Positions 26,290 through 34,740 of a DNA stretch of 64,000 bases are shown here, piece by piece. Location: the IMG/VR virus record IMGVR_UViG_3300021139_001059. One strand, given 5' to 3'. A program made the position numbers and the translations under genes. Origin of the DNA: an uncultured virus (IMG/VR IMGVR_UViG_3300021139_001059) (taxonomy: Duplodnaviria; Heunggongvirae; Uroviricota; Caudoviricetes). The notes below the pieces were generated by a model. That model did not search any database. It had not been told where the DNA came from and saw nothing but the letters and a program-made list of their open reading frames with translations. Numbering within the stretch: the first letter of the stretch is position 1; each line of letters begins with the position of its first letter.

Positions 26290-26968
26290 ACCTAAGTTCG
26301 AACGTGGTAAAACATTCGAACACGACTTCTTACACTTCGAAGACTTCGAAGCTAAGATAATCGATGGTAAGCGTTACTACTTTGCACCAGACGGTAACGC
26401 TTACCCTTCTGTCACTACCGTACTCGGCGCTAAGAAAGATAAGAAACACTTAGAAGCTTGGATCAAACGAGTAGGCGTTGAAAAAGCCGAACAGATCAAA
26501 GTTCAGGCTGGTCATCGTGGTACAGCCATTCATACGATCGCCGAAAAATACATGCTCAACGAAGAGCAATATCCAGAAGACGTCATGCCCGCAAACATCA
26601 TGACGTTCAAGTGTATCAAACCAGTGCTCGACAAACACATCGGTAAAGTGTACGCGATCGAAGCTCCCCTCTATTCAGCTGAACTTCATTGTGCTGGTCG
26701 TACAGACTGTATCGCCGAGTTCGATGGCGTGATCAGCATCGTAGACTTCAAGACCTCATTAAAAGTAAAGAGAGAAGAGTGGATCACCGACTACTTTCTA
26801 CAAGCCACATGCTACGGTCACATGGCTGAACGACTGACTAACATTCAAATACCACAAATCGCTATCATTATTGCTGTCGATGGACAACCAGAACCTCAGG
26901 TATTTGTAAAAAAACGTTATGATTATGTCGATCAAATGAAAACAGTATTCGATGGATCAGTTAGATGA
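26258..26968 (+). CDS. PD-(D/E)XK exonuclease
   Basis: YPSVTTVL, RGT..H...E, AGRTDC, IVDFKTS, YFLQ...Y. Confidence 0.85.
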   Translation: MRKIDSRSWLRPKFERGKTFEHDFLHFEDFEAKIIDGKRYYFAPDGNAYPSVTTVLGAKKDKKHLEAWIKRVGVEKAEQIKVQAGHRGTAIHTIAEKYMLNEEQYPEDVMPANIMTFKCIKPVLDKHIGKVYAIEAPLYSAELHCAGRTDCIAEFDGVISIVDFKTSLKVKREEWITDYFLQATCYGHMAERLTNIQIPQIAIIIAVDGQPEPQVFVKKRYDYVDQMKTVFDGSVR

Positions 26969-27621
26969 AACGAGTAGCTGTCATCACAGGTGCCAATTCG
27001 TGGATGGCAAAAGCGACTGATAAAATCTTGACACTCGACGGGTGGAACGTCGTGATGTGTGATCGACAATACATGGACGTCACAGACAGAGAACAAGTCA
27101 AGATCGGCATCGACAAGATATACGAACGCGAAGGCAGAATCGATGCGGTGATCAATATCGCAGGTGGTATCCATCAAGGCGATAGAGAACATCGCAACAA
27201 TTTTATAGTTACAGAACTCGACGAATTCGACTGGGTGATGAGAACCAATTTCAACAGCGTCGTCAACACCACTAAGGCTTCATTGCCCTATCTCATCGAA
27301 TCGAGTGGTAGCATCGTCAATATCGTATCGACTGCTGCTACAGTCGGATTGCCTAAGATGACTGCTTACTCTGCAGCGAAGGGTGCAGTCCTTTCGTTTA
27401 GTAAAGCGTTAGCGAAAGAAGTAGGTCTATATGGCGTCAAGGTGAATTGTTTGTTGCCGGGAGTCACCACGTCGAGATGGAACAAAGAAGGCAAAAATCC
27501 AGTAAACGGCAAGCTGTCGTCTTTGGGTGAAATCACTTCACCTCTCTATGTGGCCGAAGCTATACAATTCTTATTGTCAAGCAGATGTACGGGCTCCTGC
27601 CTAGACATTAGCGGTACCTGA
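26965..27621 (+). CDS. Short-chain dehydrogenase/reductase with degenerate Gly motif
   Basis: YSAAK catalytic motif, VN.L.PG; TGANSWMA in place of TGxxxGxG. Confidence 0.8.
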   Translation: MKRVAVITGANSWMAKATDKILTLDGWNVVMCDRQYMDVTDREQVKIGIDKIYEREGRIDAVINIAGGIHQGDREHRNNFIVTELDEFDWVMRTNFNSVVNTTKASLPYLIESSGSIVNIVSTAATVGLPKMTAYSAAKGAVLSFSKALAKEVGLYGVKVNCLLPGVTTSRWNKEGKNPVNGKLSSLGEITSPLYVAEAIQFLLSSRCTGSCLDISGT

Positions 27622-27695
27622 GCAATAACAATGTAACATAATCTGTTACAAATGAGCTATGCACGGGCCGCTACCCAGCTATGCGAAAATAGCAG

Positions 27696-27723
27696 TGTAC
27701 TTACTCGGCAGACATGATAGAAT
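27696..27723 (+). promoter_or_regulatory. Early promoter
   Basis: TGTACT-16 bp-TAGAAT preceded by GCGAAAATAGCA. Confidence 0.55.
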
Positions 27724-27765
27724 GCTCTCATCAATGGGGATGGTCCCTAACTGGAGCATGGCAAT

Positions 27766-27909
27766 ATGGATATTCTCAGCATCTATACTTCCTTTCAAGC
27801 TTTGAATACTTCGGCTGAAAAAGTCGAATACTTGAAACAACTCGAACAACTTAATCTTCCCTATGATATAAACTACACTAATCTTATTAACTACTGGTCT
27901 ACACATTGA
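27766..27909 (+). CDS. small early protein (47 aa, missing from ORF track)
   Basis: GGAG SD; MDILSIYTSFQALNTSAEKVEYLKQL...; followed by terminator. Confidence 0.65.
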   Translation: MDILSIYTSFQALNTSAEKVEYLKQLEQLNLPYDINYTNLINYWSTH

Positions 27910-27918
27910 ATAATGGTC

Positions 27919-27949
27919 AAGGTCACAGTATTCGTACTGTGACCTTTTT
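27919..27949 (+). terminator. Rho-independent terminator
   Basis: AAGGTCACAGTA-TTCG-TACTGTGACCTT-TTT. Confidence 0.85.
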
Positions 27950-27991
27950 GTCACACTGCCCAGAATTGTTATTGCCAAGCGAAAATAAGCA

Positions 27992-28020
27992 TTTACAATC
28001 TGGGATGATCTTGGTAAGAT
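27992..28020 (+). promoter_or_regulatory. Early promoter
   Basis: TTTACA-17 bp-TAAGAT preceded by GCGAAAATAAGCA. Confidence 0.55.
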
Positions 28021-28075
28021 ATACAGGTAAATTGGAAATGGTCTCTCTGGGAGACACAAACTGGAGCATGACAAT

Positions 28076-28573
28076 ATGAAACGTGGTGAAAAGTCTAAGA
28101 TCGTGATCGAGCTCATGGAAGCTAATCGTGATAAGTCGTACGATGTGGTGTCTTCGATGATCGAGCAAAAGCTCGGCATCACTAACAAGGCTGCACGTGC
28201 TTATTATCAGTACATGGTACACAATGGCAAGGTCACTGGCCTCGCTATCACTTGGGGTCGTGGTCAGCGCATTGGCGCTGCTAAGCCTAAAGCTACTAAG
28301 TCAGCTAAGGCTCCTAAGATCGCTAAGGTTGCTAAGTCAGTCACTGCCACTGTCAAGTCAGTGGACGAGATCGAAGCTATCAAGCAGAAAAATCTCGAGA
28401 CTATGCGTAAGGTGTCAGCGAAGCTTTCTAAGGTTCGTGACTTCACTCAGCCTAAAGCACCAGTCGAAGCTACTTCTGACTACGATCCTCGTATGGATCA
28501 TGACGAAGAGCGTGCACTGCTCGCTTCTGAAGGTTACACAAACAAGGTTCCTCGTTACGCTAACGAAGACTAA
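28076..28573 (+). CDS. Basic early protein, possibly DNA-binding
   Basis: K/A-rich centre (AAKPKATKSAKAPKIAKVAK). Confidence 0.7.
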   Translation: MKRGEKSKIVIELMEANRDKSYDVVSSMIEQKLGITNKAARAYYQYMVHNGKVTGLAITWGRGQRIGAAKPKATKSAKAPKIAKVAKSVTATVKSVDEIEAIKQKNLETMRKVSAKLSKVRDFTQPKAPVEATSDYDPRMDHDEERALLASEGYTNKVPRYANED

Positions 28574-28578
28574 TTGGC

Positions 28579-28596
28579 GGGCGGCTTCGGCCGCCC
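28579..28596 (+). other. Stable C(UUCG)G RNA hairpin
   Basis: GGGCGGC-TTCG-GCCGCCC; weak U tract. Confidence 0.7.
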
Positions 28597-28639
28597 TTCA
28601 TCACGGACACATCACGGTGTGTCTCTGAAGGAGAATGCT

Positions 28640-28882
28640 ATGAATTTAAACACATCGCAGCTTAACTTAGAAACACTCACACTCGACGAAGCACGTGCTA
28701 AAGCTATCGCTTTGCTGAACGAGCTGCCTACTAAGAAGTCGAAGATCAACAATCTCATTCGCGATATTCAGCGTGCACGCACATCACGTGAAGTGCAGCG
28801 TATCATGTGGAATATGTATCTCGCCGGCACGGGCTTCGGCGTTTCTGGTTCTGATTGGCAAAAGTTTCACAAAGGAGTCTAA
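28640..28882 (+). CDS. hypothetical early protein
   Basis: AAGGAG SD then ATG at 28640. Confidence 0.65.
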   Translation: MNLNTSQLNLETLTLDEARAKAIALLNELPTKKSKINNLIRDIQRARTSREVQRIMWNMYLAGTGFGVSGSDWQKFHKGV

Positions 28883-28883
28883 G

Positions 28884-29147
28884 ATGGTTATCACACCCAT
28901 TAGCACAGCAGGTCAGTCACGCACTGGCACTCTTTACGACATCTCAGTGACTGCGATCGCAGAAGTTCTCGGCTTTCCGCCCAACGTCATCGACGATCCA
29001 GACAAGGTCGTCAATTCATGGGGCTTCGAGATCGATGGTCAGAAGTTCGGCATCTGGGATTACAAGGGCTCACATCTCATGGGTCAATTCTCGACCTATG
29101 GCAATAGCAAAGTTCTTGCTAAGCTATTCCCAGCACATTACGTTTGA
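28884..29147 (+). CDS. hypothetical early protein
   Basis: AAGGAG SD; LGFPP...DPDKV..SW...FGIWDYK. Confidence 0.65.
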   Translation: MVITPISTAGQSRTGTLYDISVTAIAEVLGFPPNVIDDPDKVVNSWGFEIDGQKFGIWDYKGSHLMGQFSTYGNSKVLAKLFPAHYV

Positions 29148-29206
29148 CATGTACATTCTCATTCGATCAGGGTATAATATATCATCAAATCGGAAAGGAA
29201 CTTGGT
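29148..29206 (+). repeat. 59-bp promoter+SD cassette, copy 1
   Basis: TGTACA-17-TATAAT...AAAGGAACTTGGT; 56/59 identical to 29955-30013. Confidence 0.9.
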
Positions 29207-29476
29207 ATGAGTAAGAACTTGGATACAGCCATCATGGCAATACATGAGCTCGACAATGCAGAGCTCGATAAAGTCATCGCACACATTAAGACGCGCCGCG
29301 CGCATCTCTCTGCTGAAGCTAAGTACAAGTTTAAGACCAATGACTTGGTGGCATTCACGAGCCGTGGTATCACTTACAGAGGTCGCGTCATTAACATCTT
29401 TGTCAAGCGTGCTAGCGTTAAGACCGATGCGGGTCTTTATCGCGTTCCTCTCAACATGTTGTCGAAGGCAGCTTGA
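29207..29476 (+). CDS. hypothetical protein (SH3/KOW-like C-terminus)
   Basis: ATG directly after cassette; F...D.V.F....G.V....KR..V. Confidence 0.65.
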   Translation: MSKNLDTAIMAIHELDNAELDKVIAHIKTRRAHLSAEAKYKFKTNDLVAFTSRGITYRGRVINIFVKRASVKTDAGLYRVPLNMLSKAA

Positions 29477-29949
29477 TGCGTATTCTCAACGCATGTAGTT
29501 TTCTTTCACACAAACAGATTCAGAAGATCAGTGAAGCTTACAAAGCTACATACATCTTCGAATCTTGTTTGAGAGGTAAGAATGGTCAATGGCTTAACTT
29601 CCCCGCAGCAATCTTCTACACCGAAGATGCGCATCCTGATGGGTCAAACTACTTCGCAATCTACTTCGGCGAAGGCGGCGCCCGTATCGCTAACGGCATC
29701 TCGGCATTCGAGTGCGAATACAAAGGCATCCGTGTCGGCAACGAAATTGCCTACTCAAGATTTAGACATGATTATCGTGGTCTCGGCGGTGGCTTTATCG
29801 ACGGTGGTCGTGATTATGTACGTTGCGGTGGTGATTATGATGGTGTGGTGACTTTCAAAGTCGAGCGTCATAAGCTGCTCGTTTACATGAACGAATCTTG
29901 GCATATATGTAACGACGACTTGGTAGTCCCTGAAGATGCTACTTGGTAA
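29476..29949 (+). CDS. hypothetical protein
   Basis: YSR.RHDY....GFIDGGRDY.R. Confidence 0.65.
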   Translation: MRILNACSFLSHKQIQKISEAYKATYIFESCLRGKNGQWLNFPAAIFYTEDAHPDGSNYFAIYFGEGGARIANGISAFECEYKGIRVGNEIAYSRFRHDYRGLGGGFIDGGRDYVRCGGDYDGVVTFKVERHKLLVYMNESWHICNDDLVVPEDATW

Positions 29950-29954
29950 AGAGG

Positions 29955-30013
29955 CATGTACATTCTCAATCGATCAGGGTATAATATCTTATCAAATCGG
30001 AAAGGAACTTGGT
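29955..30013 (+). repeat. 59-bp promoter+SD cassette, copy 2
   Basis: Near-identical to 29148-29206. Confidence 0.9.
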
Positions 30014-30014
30014 T

Positions 30015-30941
30015 ATGGCACACATGGTAGAAACAATGGCTTACGCTGGCGAAACTCCTTGGCATGGTCTCGGCGTTCAGGTCCCAGCTGATCTCACACC
30101 CACTCAGATGCTCGAAGCTGCTAAGCTTGACTGGACAGTGACAAAGATCCCGGCTTATGCTGAGATCGCTGGTAAACAGATCGCAGTCGGTCAATCAGCA
30201 CTCGTTCGTAATATGGACAATCGTATCCTCGATGTCGTGTCTGATGACTGGAACCCAATTCAAAATCAGGAAGCTTTCGAGTTCTTCAACGAATTCATCG
30301 CTGCTGGTGACATGGAGATGCATACAGCCGGCTCACTTCGTGATGGTCAGGTCGTGTGGGCTCTCGCTAAAGTGAAAGACTCATTCGAGCTCTTTAAGGG
30401 TGATCAAGTCGACAGCTACTTGCTCTTCTCTAATTTCCATCGTTATGGCTTCAGCACCGACGTGCGCTTCACTCCCATTCGTGTAGTGTGCAACAACACG
30501 CTGACTCTGTCTCTCAACTCTAAAGTAGAGAACTTCGTTAAGATCAATCATCGTTCTAAGTTCGATGCTGACACTACTAAAGAGATGCTCGGCATCGCTA
30601 AGGAAAAGTTGCAGCAGTACAAAGAGATGGCAGCATTCCTTGGTTCTAAGAAGGCTGAGAAAGAAAATATCGTCGAGTATTTCAATCGTATCTTCCCGTC
30701 GACTGGTAAGAAGGATGTCTCTCGCAATGCCGATCGTGCATTGGAACTTCTCTTCGAACAGCCGGGTTCTAAGTTCGCTGAAGGTAGCTGGTGGCAGCCT
30801 TTCAATGCAGTCACTTACATGACTGACCACGAACTCGGTCGTAACGCTGATAGCCGTTTGTCTTCTGCATGGTACGGCTACAACAAGGGACTGAAAACTA
30901 AAGCACTCGAACTTGCTGTCGAAATGGCGGAGGCTGCCTAA
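30015..30941 (+). CDS. DUF932 (TIGR03299-like) protein
   Basis: MAH.VETMAY....PWHGLG, TAGSL..G, TPIRVVCNNTL, NAVT...DH. Confidence 0.85.
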   Translation: MAHMVETMAYAGETPWHGLGVQVPADLTPTQMLEAAKLDWTVTKIPAYAEIAGKQIAVGQSALVRNMDNRILDVVSDDWNPIQNQEAFEFFNEFIAAGDMEMHTAGSLRDGQVVWALAKVKDSFELFKGDQVDSYLLFSNFHRYGFSTDVRFTPIRVVCNNTLTLSLNSKVENFVKINHRSKFDADTTKEMLGIAKEKLQQYKEMAAFLGSKKAEKENIVEYFNRIFPSTGKKDVSRNADRALELLFEQPGSKFAEGSWWQPFNAVTYMTDHELGRNADSRLSSAWYGYNKGLKTKALELAVEMAEAA

Positions 30942-32056
30942 TGGCTAAGAGCTTGTTGAAAGTAAAGTCTGCTAAGAAGACTCGCGTGACTAAAGATGCT
31001 GCGTATCTTGTCAACCAGAAGTATCTTGGCGATGAGCCTAAGTTCGACAAGCCTCTTACAGCAACGCAGTATGGTACTGCGTTGACTTGGTACAACTATA
31101 TGTGTGACACGAACACCGCGCGTGAGTACATCAACGACTATCTCAAGATGCATAAGCGCGTCGACGAGATGAAGCAGTTGAAGCGTGTGCCTGACGTATG
31201 GATCCCTCTGACTATTGCATGGATCTGTCGTATGCTTACGCGCGGCTACGTGTTGCCGGGCAATCCGACTAGCTATATCGATGAACGTCTGACTCAGACA
31301 CTGAAGAAGGCAAAAGTCGAAGACACTGATGCTGTAGAAGCTTATAAGCCTACGCTACAGGAAAAGATCCGTGACAAGGCACACGAGATCATCGGTGAAA
31401 TCGAAGAGATGATCGATAACGAGTCTTTGTTTAGTCTTTATGACTGGCTGAAAGCTCGTGAAGTTCCGGCAATGTATGCACCGATGATCATCAATCGTTA
31501 TGCACCGTGGCTCAGCGAGTTGATCGAAGCATACGAGGGCAAAGACGAACAGCTGAAAGAAGCTTATGGTCACATGACTAAGAAGCAGATCGCTGATCGT
31601 ATCAAGTTCTTTCATGCTCTTATCTCTGACGCCGAGAAGTATGCTGGTGTAGCTAAGAAGACGCGTGCTCCTCGTAAGCCTCGTGCAGTGTCGAAGGAGA
31701 AGCTGCTTAAGAACCTGCGTTATCAGAAGGAAGACGCAGACTTTAAGATCGCTTCTATCAATCCCGAGAAGATCCTCGGTGCACAAGAACTGTGGTGCTT
31801 CAATACGAAGTACAAGGTTCTCTCTGTATTCCGTGCGATCGATCGTGGTGGACTGCAAGTCAAGCGTTCGAGCATCGTAGGCTATGACGAGAATACGAGC
31901 TTTAGTCGTGGCGCTGGCAGGTCAGCAGATAAAGTCGTTGATAAGGTGATGAAGGGTGGTAAACTGGTACTGAAGAAGATCATGGACGAATTGAAGACGA
32001 AGCGTCCATTGCAAGAACGCATGAACGAAAACACAATCTTACTAAAGGTGATGTAA
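30941..32056 (+). CDS. Conserved hypothetical phage protein
   Basis: 371 aa; SINPEKILGA.ELW.FNTK C-terminal domain. Confidence 0.7.
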   Translation: MAKSLLKVKSAKKTRVTKDAAYLVNQKYLGDEPKFDKPLTATQYGTALTWYNYMCDTNTAREYINDYLKMHKRVDEMKQLKRVPDVWIPLTIAWICRMLTRGYVLPGNPTSYIDERLTQTLKKAKVEDTDAVEAYKPTLQEKIRDKAHEIIGEIEEMIDNESLFSLYDWLKAREVPAMYAPMIINRYAPWLSELIEAYEGKDEQLKEAYGHMTKKQIADRIKFFHALISDAEKYAGVAKKTRAPRKPRAVSKEKLLKNLRYQKEDADFKIASINPEKILGAQELWCFNTKYKVLSVFRAIDRGGLQVKRSSIVGYDENTSFSRGAGRSADKVVDKVMKGGKLVLKKIMDELKTKRPLQERMNENTILLKVM

Positions 32057-32136
32057 TGGATATTCAAACAATCGTTGTGATCGCAATCTTAACAGCAGTC
32101 TTTGGTGGAGTCTGCTATATCATGTTCTCGGAGTAG

Positions 32137-32370
32137 TTGACGATGAATAAACGTAAGCTAGTTACAGATCGTTATGCACCCTCAAAGCTAGAGCGTATCA
32201 TCTACGCACGGGCTTATAGCTATCAGACGAACGGGTTCAATGAAAAGTTGATCCCCTCTAATCCTTACGACATGGCTATCGAACCTCTCTTATGGGAAGC
32301 ATGGGAAGTCGGCATCATCGATGCGATCGAAGATCGTGCTACCTTTATGGCTACTATCAATCAGGAATGA
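32137..32370 (+). CDS. hypothetical protein
   Basis: GGAG SD; NPY.....W.AW..G. Confidence 0.55.
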   Translation: MTMNKRKLVTDRYAPSKLERIIYARAYSYQTNGFNEKLIPSNPYDMAIEPLLWEAWEVGIIDAIEDRATFMATINQE

Positions 32371-32372
32371 TC

Positions 32373-32660
32373 ATGAAGTATTCTCTGGTTCGAGTGAGTG
32401 GTTCTTACACAGTCGGCGATTCTGGTTCTATGTGTCAGATCTTAGATGGCGAAAGCTATCAACCTATCGAAGGGTGTTACTATCCGAGAGTCGGATGTGG
32501 TGTACGCGTAGGGTCATATCATGCTCGAACGTTTTTTGGACAAGACTGGTGGCAAACGACACCCGTGACAGAGATCCTCGAAGAGAGCGTCGATGAAAAA
32601 GGTTATCGACGTATGAAGTTTAAGACTAAAAACTCTATCTACGAATGGAAGGAATTTTGA
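32373..32660 (+). CDS. hypothetical protein
   Basis: QDWWQTTPVTEIL...FKT.NS.Y. Confidence 0.6.
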   Translation: MKYSLVRVSGSYTVGDSGSMCQILDGESYQPIEGCYYPRVGCGVRVGSYHARTFFGQDWWQTTPVTEILEESVDEKGYRRMKFKTKNSIYEWKEF

Positions 32661-32722
32661 AATGCAAGACTGTTGGTATTCGTTGTTTGCAGGTAGTGGA
32701 CGGTGACTTCTAGGGGGATGAT

Positions 32723-32983
32723 ATGGGTATCAATATCGAGATCGATTGCGAGATCGCTGACAAGATCATGGCTTCTACGCTAATCAAAGACTATCACATG
32801 GTAATGCAAGACATCAATCGCTTGACGACTCGAGGTGATTCACTTCGAGATTATGAACAGGAAGATCTGTTGATGTATCAGAAGGTCGCACGTGCGATTC
32901 GAGATCTAGCTGAATGGTATCTTTTGCCCGACGATCGAGTAAAACTTTTGAATGTACAATCATATCAGTCTGTGGTAGAATAA
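32723..32983 (+). CDS. hypothetical protein
   Basis: GGGGA SD; 86 aa. Confidence 0.6.
   Translation: MGINIEIDCEIADKIMASTLIKDYHMVMQDINRLTTRGDSLRDYEQEDLLMYQKVARAIRDLAEWYLLPDDRVKLLNVQSYQSVVE
32953..32981 (+). promoter_or_regulatory. Promoter for tmRNA/tRNA-Arg
   Basis: TGTACA-17 bp-TAGAAT. Confidence 0.6.
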
Positions 32984-32989
32984 ATATAT

Positions 32990-33268
32990 TGCTTCGGTCG
33001 TTGAGGCGTAAGGCATAGACATTTCGGACGGGAGGGCAGTACTCCCCGCCTCCACCACAAGCATATCAAGGCTGCAGACGCCGTAGGACATGTTCTTACT
33101 TTAAGTGTGGTATGCTTTTGATGGGGGCGTAACAGGTTCGACGGGATGTAGTAAAGTTACGAAGAGACCTAAGTAAACGTTAGATGCAAACGATAATGCA
33201 CCTCTAGCTATGGCAATTGCTGCCTAAGCATGCGTTCGGCGGGAACGTGGAAACAGAATCCCGCCACC
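32990..33268 (+). ncRNA. ssrA: Circularly permuted two-piece tmRNA (alphaproteobacterial type), tag (A)ANDNAPLAMAIAA
   Basis: Acceptor piece ending CGCCTCC-A-CCA (33057) precedes GGGGGCG 5' end (33123); G3-U70 pair; GGCAGTA T-loop; tag ORF 33186-33227; outer ends approximate. Confidence 0.9.
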
Positions 33269-33275
33269 TATTAAC

Positions 33276-33352
33276 GGTCTCATAGCTCAACTGGAAAGAG
33301 CAACAGCCTTCTAAGCTGTGGGTTGATGGTTCGAGTCCATCTGAGATCGCCA
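33276..33352 (+). tRNA. tRNA-Arg(UCU)
   Basis: GGTCTCA/TGAGATC-G-CCA; ACAGC-CTTCTAA-GCTGT; GATGG-TTCGAGT-CCATC. Confidence 0.93.
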
Positions 33353-33390
33353 TATATACACTGTGTAAAACTGACTTGAAAGGAGTCAAT

Positions 33391-34740
33391 ATGCTAAAGC
33401 AAACGATCGTGATTGGCGCGATCCTATCATCGGCCGTGGCATTCGCTGCGGATCTTCCATCCAAACGTGCAGAACCAGCGAATTATGTAAAAGTTTGTGA
33501 CGCTTACGGTGCAGGCTTCTTCTATGTTCCTGGCTCTGATACGTGTCTACGTGTCGGCGGTTTGGTACGTGCCGATACATACTACGTTCCTCAACAAGAT
33601 CAGTATAAAGTAACTAACGGCGCGAAGGCTATCTCAGTTCCCGCTGCTGGTGAAAATACAATCAGTTGGGAAACACGTGCAAAGATCGAACTCGATGCAC
33701 GTACACAGACAGAATACGGTACAGTACAGACCTATATGGCTCCACGTTTCTCACGTGCGGGTGGTGCTCTCGTAGACGTTGCACAGCCAGCATCGAGTGG
33801 TACGCAGACAGCCGGTGGTAGTACACTTACCCTCGAATCTATGTACATTCGATTTGCTGGTCTGACGGCAGGTGTTGCAAGAGATAACTTTGCATTCATG
33901 CCACCTACGTATGGTTCTAATCAACACTGGGCATCGTTCGTGGTACAACCCAAACAGCTCGCTTATACAGCGATCTTAGGTGGTGGCATTGCGGTGACAG
34001 TAGCGATTCAAGATCCGGCTGATACAGCTAACGCACCAGTAAATGGTATGGGTACGACTGTCGAGTATCAGCCTGCGACAGCAAAGAATCTTCAGTACAA
34101 CGGTCGTATCGACTACGAACGTAGCTGGGGTGCACTCGCTCTAATGGGTGCTGTTCGTAACGCTAATGCAGTCGATGCTACGACGAACGTCTATAATCAG
34201 ACGAAGACAGTCTACGCATTGGGTACGGGTGTAAAGCTTAATCTCGGTGAGTTTGACACGCTGTGGATGACTGGCGCTTATGCTGATGGTATGACTGAGT
34301 ACACTGGTCAGATCGGTAGCTATAAGTCTTCTACGTATAAGCGAGACATCGGTGGCTATCAGTTGAATCCACCTAGCTTCGTATACTTCGCTGACGGCAT
34401 CAAGACTGTCAAGTCATGGAACGTCGGTGCGAACTATGAACACTGGTGGGCTCCCACTTGGAGATCTGACCTGTTCGGTTCGTATGCATCGTTCAAGGCA
34501 CCCGATGAATCTGCAGCAAAGGTGTGGGATGGTATCTCAGGCTTCGGCAATTCTAAGGTCGCTAGCGTCGGTACGACTCTCGCATGGGTTCCTACAAAGA
34601 ACTTCGAGATCGGCGTCGAGGGCATCTATGCTAACTTGAAGCAAGACGTTCGCTATACGCTGGCTAGTTCAACGAATATCGTTAACAATGAGTCTTCGAA
34701 CAACTGGTCTGCACGTCTCCGACTGGAACGCCGCTTCTAA
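33391..34740 (+). CDS. Alphaproteobacterial outer-membrane porin (Porin_2, Omp2/RopA-like)
   Basis: Signal peptide AFA-ADLP; YVKVCDAYGAGFFYVPGSDTCLRVGG; DART.TEYG; C-terminal Phe. Confidence 0.92.
   Translation: MLKQTIVIGAILSSAVAFAADLPSKRAEPANYVKVCDAYGAGFFYVPGSDTCLRVGGLVRADTYYVPQQDQYKVTNGAKAISVPAAGENTISWETRAKIELDARTQTEYGTVQTYMAPRFSRAGGALVDVAQPASSGTQTAGGSTLTLESMYIRFAGLTAGVARDNFAFMPPTYGSNQHWASFVVQPKQLAYTAILGGGIAVTVAIQDPADTANAPVNGMGTTVEYQPATAKNLQYNGRIDYERSWGALALMGAVRNANAVDATTNVYNQTKTVYALGTGVKLNLGEFDTLWMTGAYADGMTEYTGQIGSYKSSTYKRDIGGYQLNPPSFVYFADGIKTVKSWNVGANYEHWWAPTWRSDLFGSYASFKAPDESAAKVWDGISGFGNSKVASVGTTLAWVPTKNFEIGVEGIYANLKQDVRYTLASSTNIVNNESSNNWSARLRLERRF

Noticed and set aside
26258..26968. 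Cas4 or CRISPR adaptation gene
   Set aside because: PD-(D/E)XK exonuclease in its usual place after phoH; no Cas4 four-Cys pattern or cas context
27679..28222. Minus-strand ORFs of 169 and 99 aa
   Set aside because: Antisense to clear plus-strand promoter, SD and terminator cassettes
33204..33464. Minus-strand 86-aa ORF
   Set aside because: Antisense to tmRNA, tRNA-Arg and porin start; a shadow ORF
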